A stretch of 64,000 nucleotides of DNA from Candidatus Zixiibacteriota bacterium (GTDB lineage Bacteria; Zixibacteria; MSB-5A5; GN15; FEB-12). The stretch's first letter is position 1. Each line of letters begins with the position of its first letter. The stretch lies in NCBI GenBank assembly GCA_041742355.1, contig JBGSIV010000157.1, positions 35,446 through 99,445 on the forward strand, read 5' to 3'. The notes under the pieces were generated by a model. The model had not been told where the DNA came from. It saw only the letters and a program-made list of their open reading frames with translations, and ran no database searches. This document shows, one piece after another, positions 1 to 9,470 of this stretch. The translations under genes were made by a program, and so were the position numbers.

Positions 1-211
1 AACCCTCGATCATGAGCATCAGCCGGTTCTGTTCGGTGATAGTGACGCGGGCCATCAGCTGAACCTGTCCATCGGCAGGCGTCAGCTGGGCATCCGTCTT
101 AAATGCCGAATTATCGGCTGGTGAATCGAGCGGCGATTTGTCGCAACCAATCAACAGGACCAGCAGGAGCAGGATCCCCGACAGAGCCAACAGGTTGACA
201 GCTTTCCTCAT
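1..211 (-). CDS. Putative lipoprotein (partial, runs off the window start)
   Basis: AGGAGG RBS then ATG at 211: MRKAVNLLALSGILLLLVLLIGCDKSPLDSP...; hydrophobic signal peptide with lipobox-like LIGC; frame open to the window edge. Confidence 0.8.
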   Translation of the reverse strand, partial: MRKAVNLLALSGILLLLVLLIGCDKSPLDSPADNSAFKTDAQLTPADGQVQLMARVTITEQNRLMLMIEG

Positions 212-268
212 AGGAGCCTCCTTGAACACTTAGAGTAACGGTTTCCCACGCCTGCTTACTTCTTGACT

Positions 269-298
269 GGCAGAGGAGGCGAAGCGTCGATCCGTTCT
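269..298 (-). promoter_or_regulatory. Putative ECF sigma promoter, copy 2 (AGAACGGA-N14-CCTCTGCC)
   Basis: Same 8+8 bp boxes and 14-bp spacer as at 5174-5203; lies about 60 bp upstream of the lipoprotein ATG. Confidence 0.65.
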
Positions 299-449
299 CG
301 GAAGGGCGAAAAAAGTGGTCAAAACTACCTCCGATTACGGAGAGGGGTCAAACCGAGGTGATTTTATCCCCGTTCTCCGGAGTAATGAAAAACGCCGGGG
401 CAGCCCGATGGCCACCCCAGCGTGGGATCCGAAGAGAGTCTCAGCCGGA

Positions 450-1859
450 CTACTGAATCATGCAGGGAAGGGTCGATTCGAAGAACAAGTATCTCACGAG
501 GATTGTCAGGTCGGCTACGTTAATCCGATCATCGCAGTTCGCGTCGGCATTGGCAAACGTATTCAACACTCCGGCCCGGAAGAGATACCCGACCAGAGCC
601 GTGAGATCCGAGACCTCAATGGTGCCGTCGGCTGTTACGTCGCCATGAGCCACGGGGTAGGCCCGCTCCAGAGCCTCTATCGGGTCGATGAGACCCGATC
701 CGAGCAGTCCTTCATAGCCTGGATTCAGGCTGTCGATACTGGTGGCGGATTGCTGCAGCAGAGTATCTATCTGCACCGCCGTGAGCGACGGATTGACACT
801 GCGGACCAGGGCAATAACCCCGGTGACCAGCGGTGCGGCGAAACTGGTGCCGTCCCACCAGGCGTAGAGCGAATCGGCGTAAGCCGAATAGATCGCGGTG
901 CCGGGTGCACAGATATCGATGCGAAGACCGTAATTCGAGAAACCGGCCTTCCGATTGGTTGAATCGAGCGCCGCCACCGCCACAGCATAGGTGCGGGAGG
1001 CCGGGAAGGGGAAGATGCTGTTGAGATCGGTCGAGTCGTTTCCGGCCGACGCCACAATGGGGATGTCCGCTTGCCGGGCAAGGCGAAGGGCCTCATCGAG
1101 GTTCTCGTCGATTCCCGTCATGCCGAGGCTCAGGTTGATGACCGACACGCTGTCGGCGATTGCCTGCAGGACCGCCGCGGCGATGGTGAAGGCACTCCCC
1201 TGTCCGGCCGAGTCGAGTACCTTATACACATTGATGTCCGCGCCGGGCGCCACCAGTTGGAGAGCGGCGGCCACGAACGTACCGTGCGCCGCACAAGAAC
1301 CCAGGCTGTCGGGCTGGGCGAGGGAGTCCTCCTCCAGGTAATCGTAGCGACTCACGATGTCTCCCGGAGCGAGGGCAAATACCGGATGGGCGATATCAAC
1401 TCCACCATCGATCAGGGCAATGGTGGTGCCCTCGCCGATGGCCAGGTCATGGGTGGCTGGCAGCGCGAGAGTAACAGCGGCCGGCTGGTCCTCAAATGTC
1501 CCGATCAGCTCCTGATCGACAAAAGGCGAACTTCGCTGAAAGCCCTCCGGCACTGCGAGGTAGTAGTTCGGTCGACAGAATTCGACCCGGGGGTCGTTGT
1601 TGATCTGCGCGGCGGTGCTCTCCGGGTTCTGGCCGTGCGGGATGACCAGCAGATAGACGTCGGTCTCGATCAGGTGCCCGCGGACAATGGTGCCGTAGGT
1701 CGCGTTGACGTCCGCAATAGACGCACCCTCGATCACGCGGCACACGACTTCCGTGGGGGAGTATCGTGGTCCGATCTCATCGGAGCCGGCGATCGCCCTC
1801 GTGGCAATGACAACCGCAACCAGCCCCGCGAGTATGGTAAATCCGTATCTTCTCTTCAT
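450..1859 (-). CDS. Secreted S8 (subtilisin-like) serine peptidase with C-terminal dockerin-like domain
   Basis: Signal peptide; catalytic triad motifs IALIDGG, AHGTFVA, GTSFAAP; oxyanion SAGN; C-terminal GDVTADGTIEVSDLTALVGYLF / DANCDDRINVADLTILVRYLF. Confidence 0.92.
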   Translation of the reverse strand: MKRRYGFTILAGLVAVVIATRAIAGSDEIGPRYSPTEVVCRVIEGASIADVNATYGTIVRGHLIETDVYLLVIPHGQNPESTAAQINNDPRVEFCRPNYYLAVPEGFQRSSPFVDQELIGTFEDQPAAVTLALPATHDLAIGEGTTIALIDGGVDIAHPVFALAPGDIVSRYDYLEEDSLAQPDSLGSCAAHGTFVAAALQLVAPGADINVYKVLDSAGQGSAFTIAAAVLQAIADSVSVINLSLGMTGIDENLDEALRLARQADIPIVASAGNDSTDLNSIFPFPASRTYAVAVAALDSTNRKAGFSNYGLRIDICAPGTAIYSAYADSLYAWWDGTSFAAPLVTGVIALVRSVNPSLTAVQIDTLLQQSATSIDSLNPGYEGLLGSGLIDPIEALERAYPVAHGDVTADGTIEVSDLTALVGYLFRAGVLNTFANADANCDDRINVADLTILVRYLFFESTLPCMIQ

Positions 1860-1865
1860 TTCATT

Positions 1866-4610
1866 TCATCCTCCCAGCGAGCCGGCGCCGTACAGACCGA
1901 AGGCAGCCCAGTGATAGGCCGAGGGGAATTCCTGCCGTGTCCGCTGTTCGGCACGCTGCAATGATATCGACAAGCATGATGTATTCAGTAGTTCGGCATA
2001 AAACCGCTGCATAAACACAGCGGTGGCCCGGTCCGAAACCGGCCAGCGGCTGGCCAAAACGTTCCGCGCCCCCATCTCCAGCAGTGCCCGGACAAAACCG
2101 GTCGACTCCTCTCCCGGCAGCGCGACTTCTTCGCCGGACCGGCAGGCAGCGAGCGTGACCAGAGCAACATTGCAGCGGCGGAGCTGGAAATCGGCCGCAA
2201 AGAGAGGACCATCCTGCAGTTGGAGCGACGAGTAGATGGGGCTCTCGCTTTGCATCCGGGCGTGGCCGGCATAGTGCCAGACGAGGTAGTCCCCTTCGGC
2301 CGGCCAGGAGGCGCGGGTCGCCGGGGCATGGACCGTGGTCCGGCCAGGGGCCAGGCACGCCAGTTGCCGCAGTTCTTCTCGGATCTGGGGCAGATCGCCG
2401 GCATCGCCTCGGAAGAGGTGGAACTCCTCCCCGGCAGGTCGACGCGATTGAGCCAGCCAGTGATGCCGGAGGCTCGGGGTTAGCACGACCGCATGCCGAT
2501 CACCCACCGCCGCACCATTATGCTCAAGCGCCTGCCACGGGAGATTAGCCAGCGGGCCGTCGGGTACGAGCACTACCGACGAGCAGGTCGAGGGAATTTC
2601 GAGTCCCGCCCACAGCCAGCCGCCCAACTCCCGCCAGACCGACTGCTCGACAACAGATACCGGACCATACTCACCGGGGCCGGCCAGAATTGCCCGCTCC
2701 ATGCAGAAACGCCATCGTTCGGCGAGGGCCTCCAGCCGCTGCACACCGCCAACATACCTCCTCGCGGCGACCTCGCCCCGATAGTGAACGAGGGCGTGGA
2801 TATCCTGCCCGGAAAAGTGGAACTGCACGACGGGATGGCCGTCGACTTGGGATGAAATGTTTGCCGCGAAGCTGTCAGCGGTCAGCAGCGAGGTGTCTTC
2901 CGCGCGATCGAGAGTCAACAGACACTCGCGCACCTCACGGTGCAGGTGCGAAATACGGCCCGGGATAGCCGCAGAATCGGTACTTCCGGCGGACCGCTGG
3001 GCTGGCGACGCGAGCCGCTGCGACAGGGAAAGCACGCGGGCCGACAGCGACGTGAGGCTTTGCCCGACCTTCTCGCGGGCGGTCCGCAATTCAGCCTCAT
3101 GCGCCCCCACATTCCAGACGCCCGCGGTGCGCGAACGCTCTGACCAGACTGCGGCAAGCAGCGGATCAGTCGGAAGATACGCTTCGACCAGACGGGTATG
3201 GGGGAGCTTGGCCACTCGGCTGTAGCGGGTTCGCAGTTCCATCGGCGGGAGCGCCGCACGCACGGTGTCAAGACGATCCGCCGCACGCTGCCAGCATGTC
3301 AGGGCCTGGGTCCGTCTCCCGGCGGCAGCGGCGGCATCCCCTTCCAGTACCTGCCATGCCGCATACAGGTGCGGCACGCAACGGACCGCCGGATTGCGGC
3401 GGAGGCGCGGCAGTGTAGCCGACGCTTGCCCCGAGGCCTCGGCCGTCCGCAGATCGCACATGGCATCCCAGAATGGCAACTGTGCTCGACTGAATTGCCG
3501 GCGCACTGTCTGCAGACGACTCGCGCCGTTCGGTTCGCCCGTATCGGCGAGGTCCAGCTGAAGGAGTTTGACGGCGCCGAGGAAACCCCGATGGCGAAGC
3601 CCGCGGAAAAGTGCCTCCGCCCGCACGGCTTCGCGACGAGCTATCTTCGCATCATGCATCCCTGCTGATGCATAGGCCGCGTAGAGATGTGCCTTGGCTT
3701 CTTCGTAGGCCAGCTTGAGTTTGTGAAATCTCCGTCCCGCCTCTTGCGCCCCTTGGTGCGCCTCGCGGTAGAGCCCGAGCTGGAGGTGAACATCTGCCCG
3801 ATCGAGCAGGCAGAGCGCGTGGCCCCGTGGATCCCCCGCCTTGCGGTAGATCGACTCGCACAACGACAGTTCCAGCAGAGCCGCATGGAACCGGCCGGTC
3901 AGCAGCCACAGCCATGCCAATCCGTACCGCGCGTCAGCTGCATCGAGCTCGTATCCGGCCTCGCCGTAAACCTGCAGCGCCAGCCGGTAGAGCGCTTCCG
4001 CCTCATCCATACTGAACAGCTGTACGAGCACGTTGGCTTGATTATAGTAGCACCGGGCCAGCGCGACCCGGTTCTCGGACTTCTCAAAGTAGTGAATGGC
4101 GCTCTCGTACAGGCGGGAAGCCCGCCGGGGATCGTCCTGCCGGTGGTACAGGTTGCCGAGATTCACCCAGGTCTGGGCCAGATCGGATTCGGCTCGAAGC
4201 TTCGAAAACGTCCGGATAGCTGCGTTGCCGTAGCGCAGAGCAGCCCGGGTATCGCCCAGGTACATGCATATGTCCACCAGCGTCCGGTCGACCCTGGCGC
4301 GAATCAACGGCTGCGCGCGGCAGAGGGCGCGAGCCTTCAGGTAATACTCGAGTGCTTTCTGGTGCGATCCGGAGAAGTGGTGCATTCGCCCGAGTGAACG
4401 GCTGGCGGTCTGGACGAGAATCGGACGGCCGCTGTGTTCCGCTCGCACGGAAAACCGCTCCGCGATCCGCAGTGCCTTCCGAATAGAGGCGCGGAATGCG
4501 TCCTGTACCAGACGGTCGCAGGCAGCGGCCAGCTCGGTATCGGCCATGCCGCCGGACGACCCAGTCCGCAGAAATCGACGCGCGGCTATGACGGTTTCGT
4601 TCTCTTCCAT
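1866..4610 (-). CDS. TPR-repeat CHAT-domain (caspase/HetF-like) protease
   Basis: N-terminal TPR-like repeats (e.g. LAQTWVNLGNLYHRQDDPRRA, LARCYYNQANVLVQL); C-terminal CHAT motifs VPDGPLANLPWQAL, HYAGHA, LAACRSG, VLASRWPVSD, YHWAAFGLYG; likely start MEENET at 4610 (ORF open from 4685). Confidence 0.9.
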   Translation of the reverse strand: MEENETVIAARRFLRTGSSGGMADTELAAACDRLVQDAFRASIRKALRIAERFSVRAEHSGRPILVQTASRSLGRMHHFSGSHQKALEYYLKARALCRAQPLIRARVDRTLVDICMYLGDTRAALRYGNAAIRTFSKLRAESDLAQTWVNLGNLYHRQDDPRRASRLYESAIHYFEKSENRVALARCYYNQANVLVQLFSMDEAEALYRLALQVYGEAGYELDAADARYGLAWLWLLTGRFHAALLELSLCESIYRKAGDPRGHALCLLDRADVHLQLGLYREAHQGAQEAGRRFHKLKLAYEEAKAHLYAAYASAGMHDAKIARREAVRAEALFRGLRHRGFLGAVKLLQLDLADTGEPNGASRLQTVRRQFSRAQLPFWDAMCDLRTAEASGQASATLPRLRRNPAVRCVPHLYAAWQVLEGDAAAAAGRRTQALTCWQRAADRLDTVRAALPPMELRTRYSRVAKLPHTRLVEAYLPTDPLLAAVWSERSRTAGVWNVGAHEAELRTAREKVGQSLTSLSARVLSLSQRLASPAQRSAGSTDSAAIPGRISHLHREVRECLLTLDRAEDTSLLTADSFAANISSQVDGHPVVQFHFSGQDIHALVHYRGEVAARRYVGGVQRLEALAERWRFCMERAILAGPGEYGPVSVVEQSVWRELGGWLWAGLEIPSTCSSVVLVPDGPLANLPWQALEHNGAAVGDRHAVVLTPSLRHHWLAQSRRPAGEEFHLFRGDAGDLPQIREELRQLACLAPGRTTVHAPATRASWPAEGDYLVWHYAGHARMQSESPIYSSLQLQDGPLFAADFQLRRCNVALVTLAACRSGEEVALPGEESTGFVRALLEMGARNVLASRWPVSDRATAVFMQRFYAELLNTSCLSISLQRAEQRTRQEFPSAYHWAAFGLYGAGSLGG

Positions 4611-5152
4611 GTCAGCCCGGTTAGTTGAATGCTTCGCGTGGCCGAGTGCAGCGAGAGCCGACGGGGCGGACGGACTGACTGCCATTGATAGACACCCAAA
4701 TCGTCGGCCGAGACGACGTCGCCGTCGGCCTGAAGGACAAACGGCTCGTCGCCGGAGAACTGCGCCACGAACGACCAGCCCCTTGGACGTTTCTCGGCGC
4801 GCAGTTCAAACGTCAGATCATCGGCCCTGAAGTGAACCCGACGGTTCGCTTCGATCGCGGGTCCGCGAACCCCAACCGGCACGGGCGACGCCCACGAGTC
4901 GAAAACCAGGTTCGCCACGAGATCGACCAGGCGTTCCACGGCCGATTGACGGCCGATAGCTTTGGCCGCCTTGATCACCGCCGCTGGCGGTACCGGCAGC
5001 GGATCCCGGCCCACTACTGGGTGAAACCTGGCCAGCACCTCGTACGCCTCACGGCATTCCTCGCAGCCCGCGAGGTGGGGATGGTCTGAGCCGGCGCCGG
5101 TCCGCGCCAGGCGAATCAGCTCTCTCCGGCTCAAGTGCTTTGCGCGACTCAT
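4586..5152 (-). CDS. Putative soluble zinc-finger anti-sigma factor
   Basis: HLAGCEEC fits the ZAS HxxxCxxC motif near the N-terminus; directly downstream of the ECF sigma gene; no transmembrane helix visible; overlaps the CHAT gene start. Confidence 0.7.
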   Translation of the reverse strand: MSRAKHLSRRELIRLARTGAGSDHPHLAGCEECREAYEVLARFHPVVGRDPLPVPPAAVIKAAKAIGRQSAVERLVDLVANLVFDSWASPVPVGVRGPAIEANRRVHFRADDLTFELRAEKRPRGWSFVAQFSGDEPFVLQADGDVVSADDLGVYQWQSVRPPRRLSLHSATRSIQLTGLTWKRTKPS

Positions 5153-5173
5153 TTCATCTCCCTTCTCTGTACA

Positions 5174-5203
5174 GGCAGAGGGAGCATCGGTTACTTCCGT
5201 TCT
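5174..5203 (-). promoter_or_regulatory. Putative ECF sigma promoter, copy 1 (AGAACGGA-N14-CCTCTGCC)
   Basis: Straddles the sigma gene stop codon, just upstream of the anti-sigma RBS/ATG; boxes and spacing identical to 269-298. Confidence 0.65.
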
Positions 5204-5760
5204 TCAATGTATCCAAGACCGATCAGGATTTCCTTCAGTCGGGTGAGGCAACGGCGACGTTTGGCTCCGAGCGTATTAGGGGAGAGGTCAAAATCGGACG
5301 CAATGTCGTCGTAAGATCGCTCCTCGTCCGCAAAAAAGAAGGCGTACAACAACTTACGGCACGGTTGATCTATCCGCGCCAGCGCCGTCTCAAGGGTCGC
5401 CTGCAACTCCAGAATTTCAAAGTCTTCCTCGGGATTAGGCCGATCATCGGCCTTGGCGCCGAGACAGTCGTCGGACTGGTTACGGGCTACTCGATGGCGG
5501 AGGCGGATAGCCTCCCGCTTGGCGGTAGTGACCAGCCATGAGGAGATGCGCGACGCATCCTGAAGGCGGTAGCGGTGCTCAAACAACGCCGTCCACGTGT
5601 GTTGAAAGACATCGGCAGCGTCCGCATCTGTAAGTCCGACCTGACGGCAAAAGGCAAAGACCAGGGATTTATAGCGATCGACGAGCTCTTCCCAAGCCTT
5701 CGGGTCGTTGATCAGAACCCGTTGCCACAACTGCTGATCGGTCAGTTCGGATCGTTTCAT
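5191..5760 (-). CDS. ECF-type RNA polymerase sigma-70 factor
   Basis: Region 2 (AWEELVDRY, DAADVFQHTW, SWLVTTAKREA) and region 4 (SYDDIASDFDLSPNTLGAKRRRCL); likely start MKRSEL at 5760. Confidence 0.92.
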   Translation of the reverse strand: MKRSELTDQQLWQRVLINDPKAWEELVDRYKSLVFAFCRQVGLTDADAADVFQHTWTALFEHRYRLQDASRISSWLVTTAKREAIRLRHRVARNQSDDCLGAKADDRPNPEEDFEILELQATLETALARIDQPCRKLLYAFFFADEERSYDDIASDFDLSPNTLGAKRRRCLTRLKEILIGLGYIEERK

Positions 5761-6099
5761 AGGGTCATATATACCTGTTGCTCCTCGTTGCAAGCTAATG
5801 TAATTCCGGCAGCGCGCAATGGGATTCTTCGGGCTGGATGGTCCTGCGGGCATATCTGCGGCAGGCTCTGGTTACGATCGGGTAAGTGCGCCGGACACGG
5901 TGCCGCTATGGCAATTGGTCGGCCCATCTCCTCCCCTCTACAATGTAGTTTTGCCTTGGATCGGCATCAATTAGACCCTTGGCGCGCCGATAATTAGGAT
6001 ATCGGTTCGAGATGACGGATTCTGCTCCAGGAAACCGAACTTCCTCGGATCGACAAGAGAACAGAAGGGTGACAATCGTACGGATCCGATGGGTGAATT

Positions 6100-6879
6100 A
6101 TGGTCAGTGTCCAGCGTCGTATCGCAGTGCTCGGTGCTCTTGGAGCGGTGATCGCCCTCCTGCCGGCCGAATTGTGCGCACAAGTCCCGGATGATCTCGT
6201 CAGTGACCCTGCGCCCCAGGTGGTGGTCGGAGTCGAGACTGAACTGGCTTCCCGATACCTCGATCGGGGTTTGACCTACAGTGACGGCGCGGTTTCACAG
6301 ACCTCGCTCTGGGTCAGCGCGTTCGGACTGACCGGGTCGATCTGGACGAACTACGAATTCGACGCGGAGATGGGAACACCATCCCTGAACGAAGTAGATA
6401 TCGCTTTGGCCTGGTCCGGCTCGCTGGGACTCTGGGATCTCGAACCGTCCGTGCAGACCTTTTCGTATCCCGAGCAACCGGACGTTCCGTGGACAGCCGA
6501 GATCTTGCTCTCCCTGACATGCAATCTGCCGGTTGTGCAGCCCTACGCCGTATATCGCCTCGATGTCAAGGAATACGCGGGCGCCTGCTTTGGCGAATTG
6601 GGCGTGCAAACCGGTTGGGCACTTCGAGAGAATCTCGAGCTGGGCGCCCAGGCATCACTCGGCTGGGGTTCATCCGAATTCAACCAAGCCTATCTTGGTA
6701 AAGCGTTCTCCGGGCTGCAGGTGGCAATGCTCGATGCCGGGGTGCTGTGGAACGCCATCGGGGGGCTCTACGTGCGTCCTCACTTGGTCGTGGCAGCGCT
6801 GCTCCGTCGGGATGCCCGTGAGCTTGTCGAGGACCCCTCACCGCTGCAGGCCGGGCTGGTTGTCGGAGGCGAATTTTGA
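6100..6879 (+). CDS. Exported putative outer-membrane beta-barrel protein (TorF-like)
   Basis: Signal peptide; SRYLDRGLTYSDGAVSQ and NEVDI motifs; C-terminal Phe; stop overlaps the next ATG. Confidence 0.6.
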   Translation: MVSVQRRIAVLGALGAVIALLPAELCAQVPDDLVSDPAPQVVVGVETELASRYLDRGLTYSDGAVSQTSLWVSAFGLTGSIWTNYEFDAEMGTPSLNEVDIALAWSGSLGLWDLEPSVQTFSYPEQPDVPWTAEILLSLTCNLPVVQPYAVYRLDVKEYAGACFGELGVQTGWALRENLELGAQASLGWGSSEFNQAYLGKAFSGLQVAMLDAGVLWNAIGGLYVRPHLVVAALLRRDARELVEDPSPLQAGLVVGGEF

Positions 6880-9470
6880 TGGTCAGTGCAAAGACGCAGA
6901 CAAAGCTGATCGTCCTCATGGGAATGGTGCTGGGAGTGTTTCTCCTGGGCATGGTTTTCATGCACCAGGTGGGCAAGGACCAGGCTGCGCTCCTGTCACA
7001 GGACAAAGCACGAGAGAAAACTCTGGCGCTGGAACAGCTGGTTCGGCTGTTAAGCCGGCCGCTCCAGACGCTGTCATACGACTACACGTTCTGGGACGAG
7101 ATGGTGGAATTCGTCGCCACCCGTGACAGCGCCTGGGCATACGACAATGTACACATAGGCCTCCAAACGTACGAAACCGATGCCGGGTGGGTATTCGCTC
7201 CGACCGGCGAGACCGTCTACACGGCGACTGCCGATGGGGTGGACGGAGTCATCGACGACAGCATAGTATTGGCCAGCATTCGGGACGCTATGGACCAAAG
7301 CTGGTTCAACCACTGGTTTATCATGGCGCCTTTGGGCGTGGTCGAGCTCTACTCAGCCCCCATTCAACCATCCAACGACAACGATCGCAAGACCGAGCCG
7401 CGAGGCTATTTCGTTGTGGCAAAGATATGGGATACCGACTATCTGGCCGAGATCGAGAGGGCAATCGACGCAGAGATTGCCGTCAAGCCAGTCTCCTCCG
7501 AAACACGCAGTGCGTTTGAGCACGCCGGCTCGACCGACCGGCTCGTATTCACGCACACACTTCCGGGTCTTCACGGCAAACCGGTAGCGAGGCTGATCTG
7601 CGAAGCGGAGAACACGCTCTACACAGCTTTTCGGACAGCCGAGTTCAACCGGATGATCTACCTTGGCGTGTTCTGCCTGTTTGTCCTGCTCATCATGGTA
7701 GTGGCGCTCCATTACTGGCTGGGCCAGCCGCTGCACCAGGTGATGCTCAGCCTGCAGACCGGCAGTGACGAGTCAGTCCAGGAGTTGTACCGGGCCGGCG
7801 TCGAATTTGGCAAGATCGGCGAATTGATCGGGGCATTCCTGGAGCAGAAATCGGACCTTGAGGTCGAAATTCTCGAGCGGCGGCGGACGGAAGAGGCTGT
7901 GCGCAGCCGGGAGGGCCTTCTCCGGGCCACCCTGGAGTCGACGGCCGACGGCATTCTGGTGGCCAGTTGTGATGGCCGGGTGACCCACCGAAACGAGAAA
8001 TTTCTCGAGCTGTGGAGAATACCGAAAGAACTGGCTAATGACGCCGACGACGAATTGTTGATCGGCTACGTGCTCTCGCAGCTGAAGGACCCGACAGCGT
8101 TTATCACAAAGGTCACCGCCCTGTACGCCAGCTCGGACGAGTCATTCGACACCCTGGAGTTCCTCGATGGACGAGTCTTCGACCGGTACTCCTGTCCGCT
8201 TGCACAAGAGGGCCGCGTCGTGGGTCGGGTATGGAGTTTCCGCGACGTGACCCAGCAGCGCAAAGCCGAAGAGGCCCGGCTGCAATTGCAGGAGAGCCTC
8301 GAGCGAGCGCAGCGGATGGAGTCGCTCGGACTGCTTGCAGGCGGCGTCGCCCACGACCTGAACAACATCCTCGGACCGGTCGTCGGATACTCCGAACTGC
8401 TGATGCGTGACGTGAACGAGGATCCCAGGATCCTCGGACGCCTGCAGAAAATCAACCGCTCGGCCCAGGAAGCAGCGGCGGTCATTCAGGATCTTCTCGC
8501 CCTGGCGCGACGGGGCCGTTACGAGATGCACCCGCTCAATATCAACCAGGTGGTCAATTCGTATGTCGAATCGGTTGGCTGCGAAAAGCTCCGGGAACGG
8601 CACCCCGACATCCGCCTCAACTTAGAACTGAATCCCGCCGCCCGGCCCATCTTGGGATCGGAGGTGCACCTCGGTAAAGTCGTCATGAACCTCGTGACGA
8701 ATGCGTTCGAAGCGATGCCGCTCGGGGGATGTCTGACCATCGTGACGGAGCAGGCGCACCTCGATCATCTCTACGGCGGGTACCGGGATATCGAGGCCGA
8801 CGACTACGTCATCCTGCGCGTGAAAGACACGGGAACCGGAATCGCAAAGGAAGACATCGCGAAGATTTTCGAACCGTACTTTTCGCGCAAAACCATGGGG
8901 CGGAGCGGAAGCGGGCTGGGGTTGTCGATCGTGTACAGCATCGTGAAGGACCACCACGGATACTACGATATCTTGTCGGAAGTGGGCAAAGGTACTGAGT
9001 TCATCCTGTACTTCCCGGCATCCGAGAAGACCCCCGCGGCTGCCGCGGACAAGCAGGACATTCAGGGCGGGACCGAGCGCGTGCTGGTCGTCGACGATCG
9101 CCCGGAGCAACGTGAAATGGCCTGCGAGATCATTGCCAGCCTGGGTTACTCGGTGCAGACGGCGGAGAACGGCCACCAGGCTGTTGAGATCATGACGCGC
9201 GAGACGGTGGACGTGATCGTACTCGACATGATTATGGAGCCGGACTTCGATGGTCTGGACACCTATCGTGAAATCCTCAAGATCTGTCCGAGGCAGAAAG
9301 CCGTGATTGTGAGCGGGTTCTCCGCCACCGATCGAACTCAGCAGACACTGGATCTCGGCGCCGGCCGCTACGTGCGCAAACCGTACAGCGTGGAGGAACT
9401 GGCGCGGGCATTGCGGGAAGAACTCGACACTGCCCGGAGCGTGATGCAAGACTCGCCTGCACCAGCATAG
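6879..9470 (+). CDS. Hybrid sensor histidine kinase/response regulator (CHASE4-PAS-HisKA-HATPase-REC)
   Basis: CHASE4-like DYTFWDEMVEF between two TM helices; H-box GGVAHDLNNIL; N, G1 and G2 boxes (NLVTNAFEAM, DTGTG, GSGLGL); REC VVDD...LDMIM...KPY. Confidence 0.92.
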   Translation: MVSAKTQTKLIVLMGMVLGVFLLGMVFMHQVGKDQAALLSQDKAREKTLALEQLVRLLSRPLQTLSYDYTFWDEMVEFVATRDSAWAYDNVHIGLQTYETDAGWVFAPTGETVYTATADGVDGVIDDSIVLASIRDAMDQSWFNHWFIMAPLGVVELYSAPIQPSNDNDRKTEPRGYFVVAKIWDTDYLAEIERAIDAEIAVKPVSSETRSAFEHAGSTDRLVFTHTLPGLHGKPVARLICEAENTLYTAFRTAEFNRMIYLGVFCLFVLLIMVVALHYWLGQPLHQVMLSLQTGSDESVQELYRAGVEFGKIGELIGAFLEQKSDLEVEILERRRTEEAVRSREGLLRATLESTADGILVASCDGRVTHRNEKFLELWRIPKELANDADDELLIGYVLSQLKDPTAFITKVTALYASSDESFDTLEFLDGRVFDRYSCPLAQEGRVVGRVWSFRDVTQQRKAEEARLQLQESLERAQRMESLGLLAGGVAHDLNNILGPVVGYSELLMRDVNEDPRILGRLQKINRSAQEAAAVIQDLLALARRGRYEMHPLNINQVVNSYVESVGCEKLRERHPDIRLNLELNPAARPILGSEVHLGKVVMNLVTNAFEAMPLGGCLTIVTEQAHLDHLYGGYRDIEADDYVILRVKDTGTGIAKEDIAKIFEPYFSRKTMGRSGSGLGLSIVYSIVKDHHGYYDILSEVGKGTEFILYFPASEKTPAAAADKQDIQGGTERVLVVDDRPEQREMACEIIASLGYSVQTAENGHQAVEIMTRETVDVIVLDMIMEPDFDGLDTYREILKICPRQKAVIVSGFSATDRTQQTLDLGAGRYVRKPYSVEELARALREELDTARSVMQDSPAPA

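Noticed and set aside
339..378. Partial third copy of the ECF motif (AGAACGGG...CCTCTCCG on the minus strand)
   Set aside because: Spacer is 23 bp rather than 14 and both boxes have mismatches
315..1964. Long + strand ORFs opposite the S8 gene, and many similar antisense ORFs (e.g. 29520-31862, 36239-37717, 50780-52291, 60709-62589)
   Set aside because: Shadow frames of well-supported GC-rich genes with no recognisable motifs
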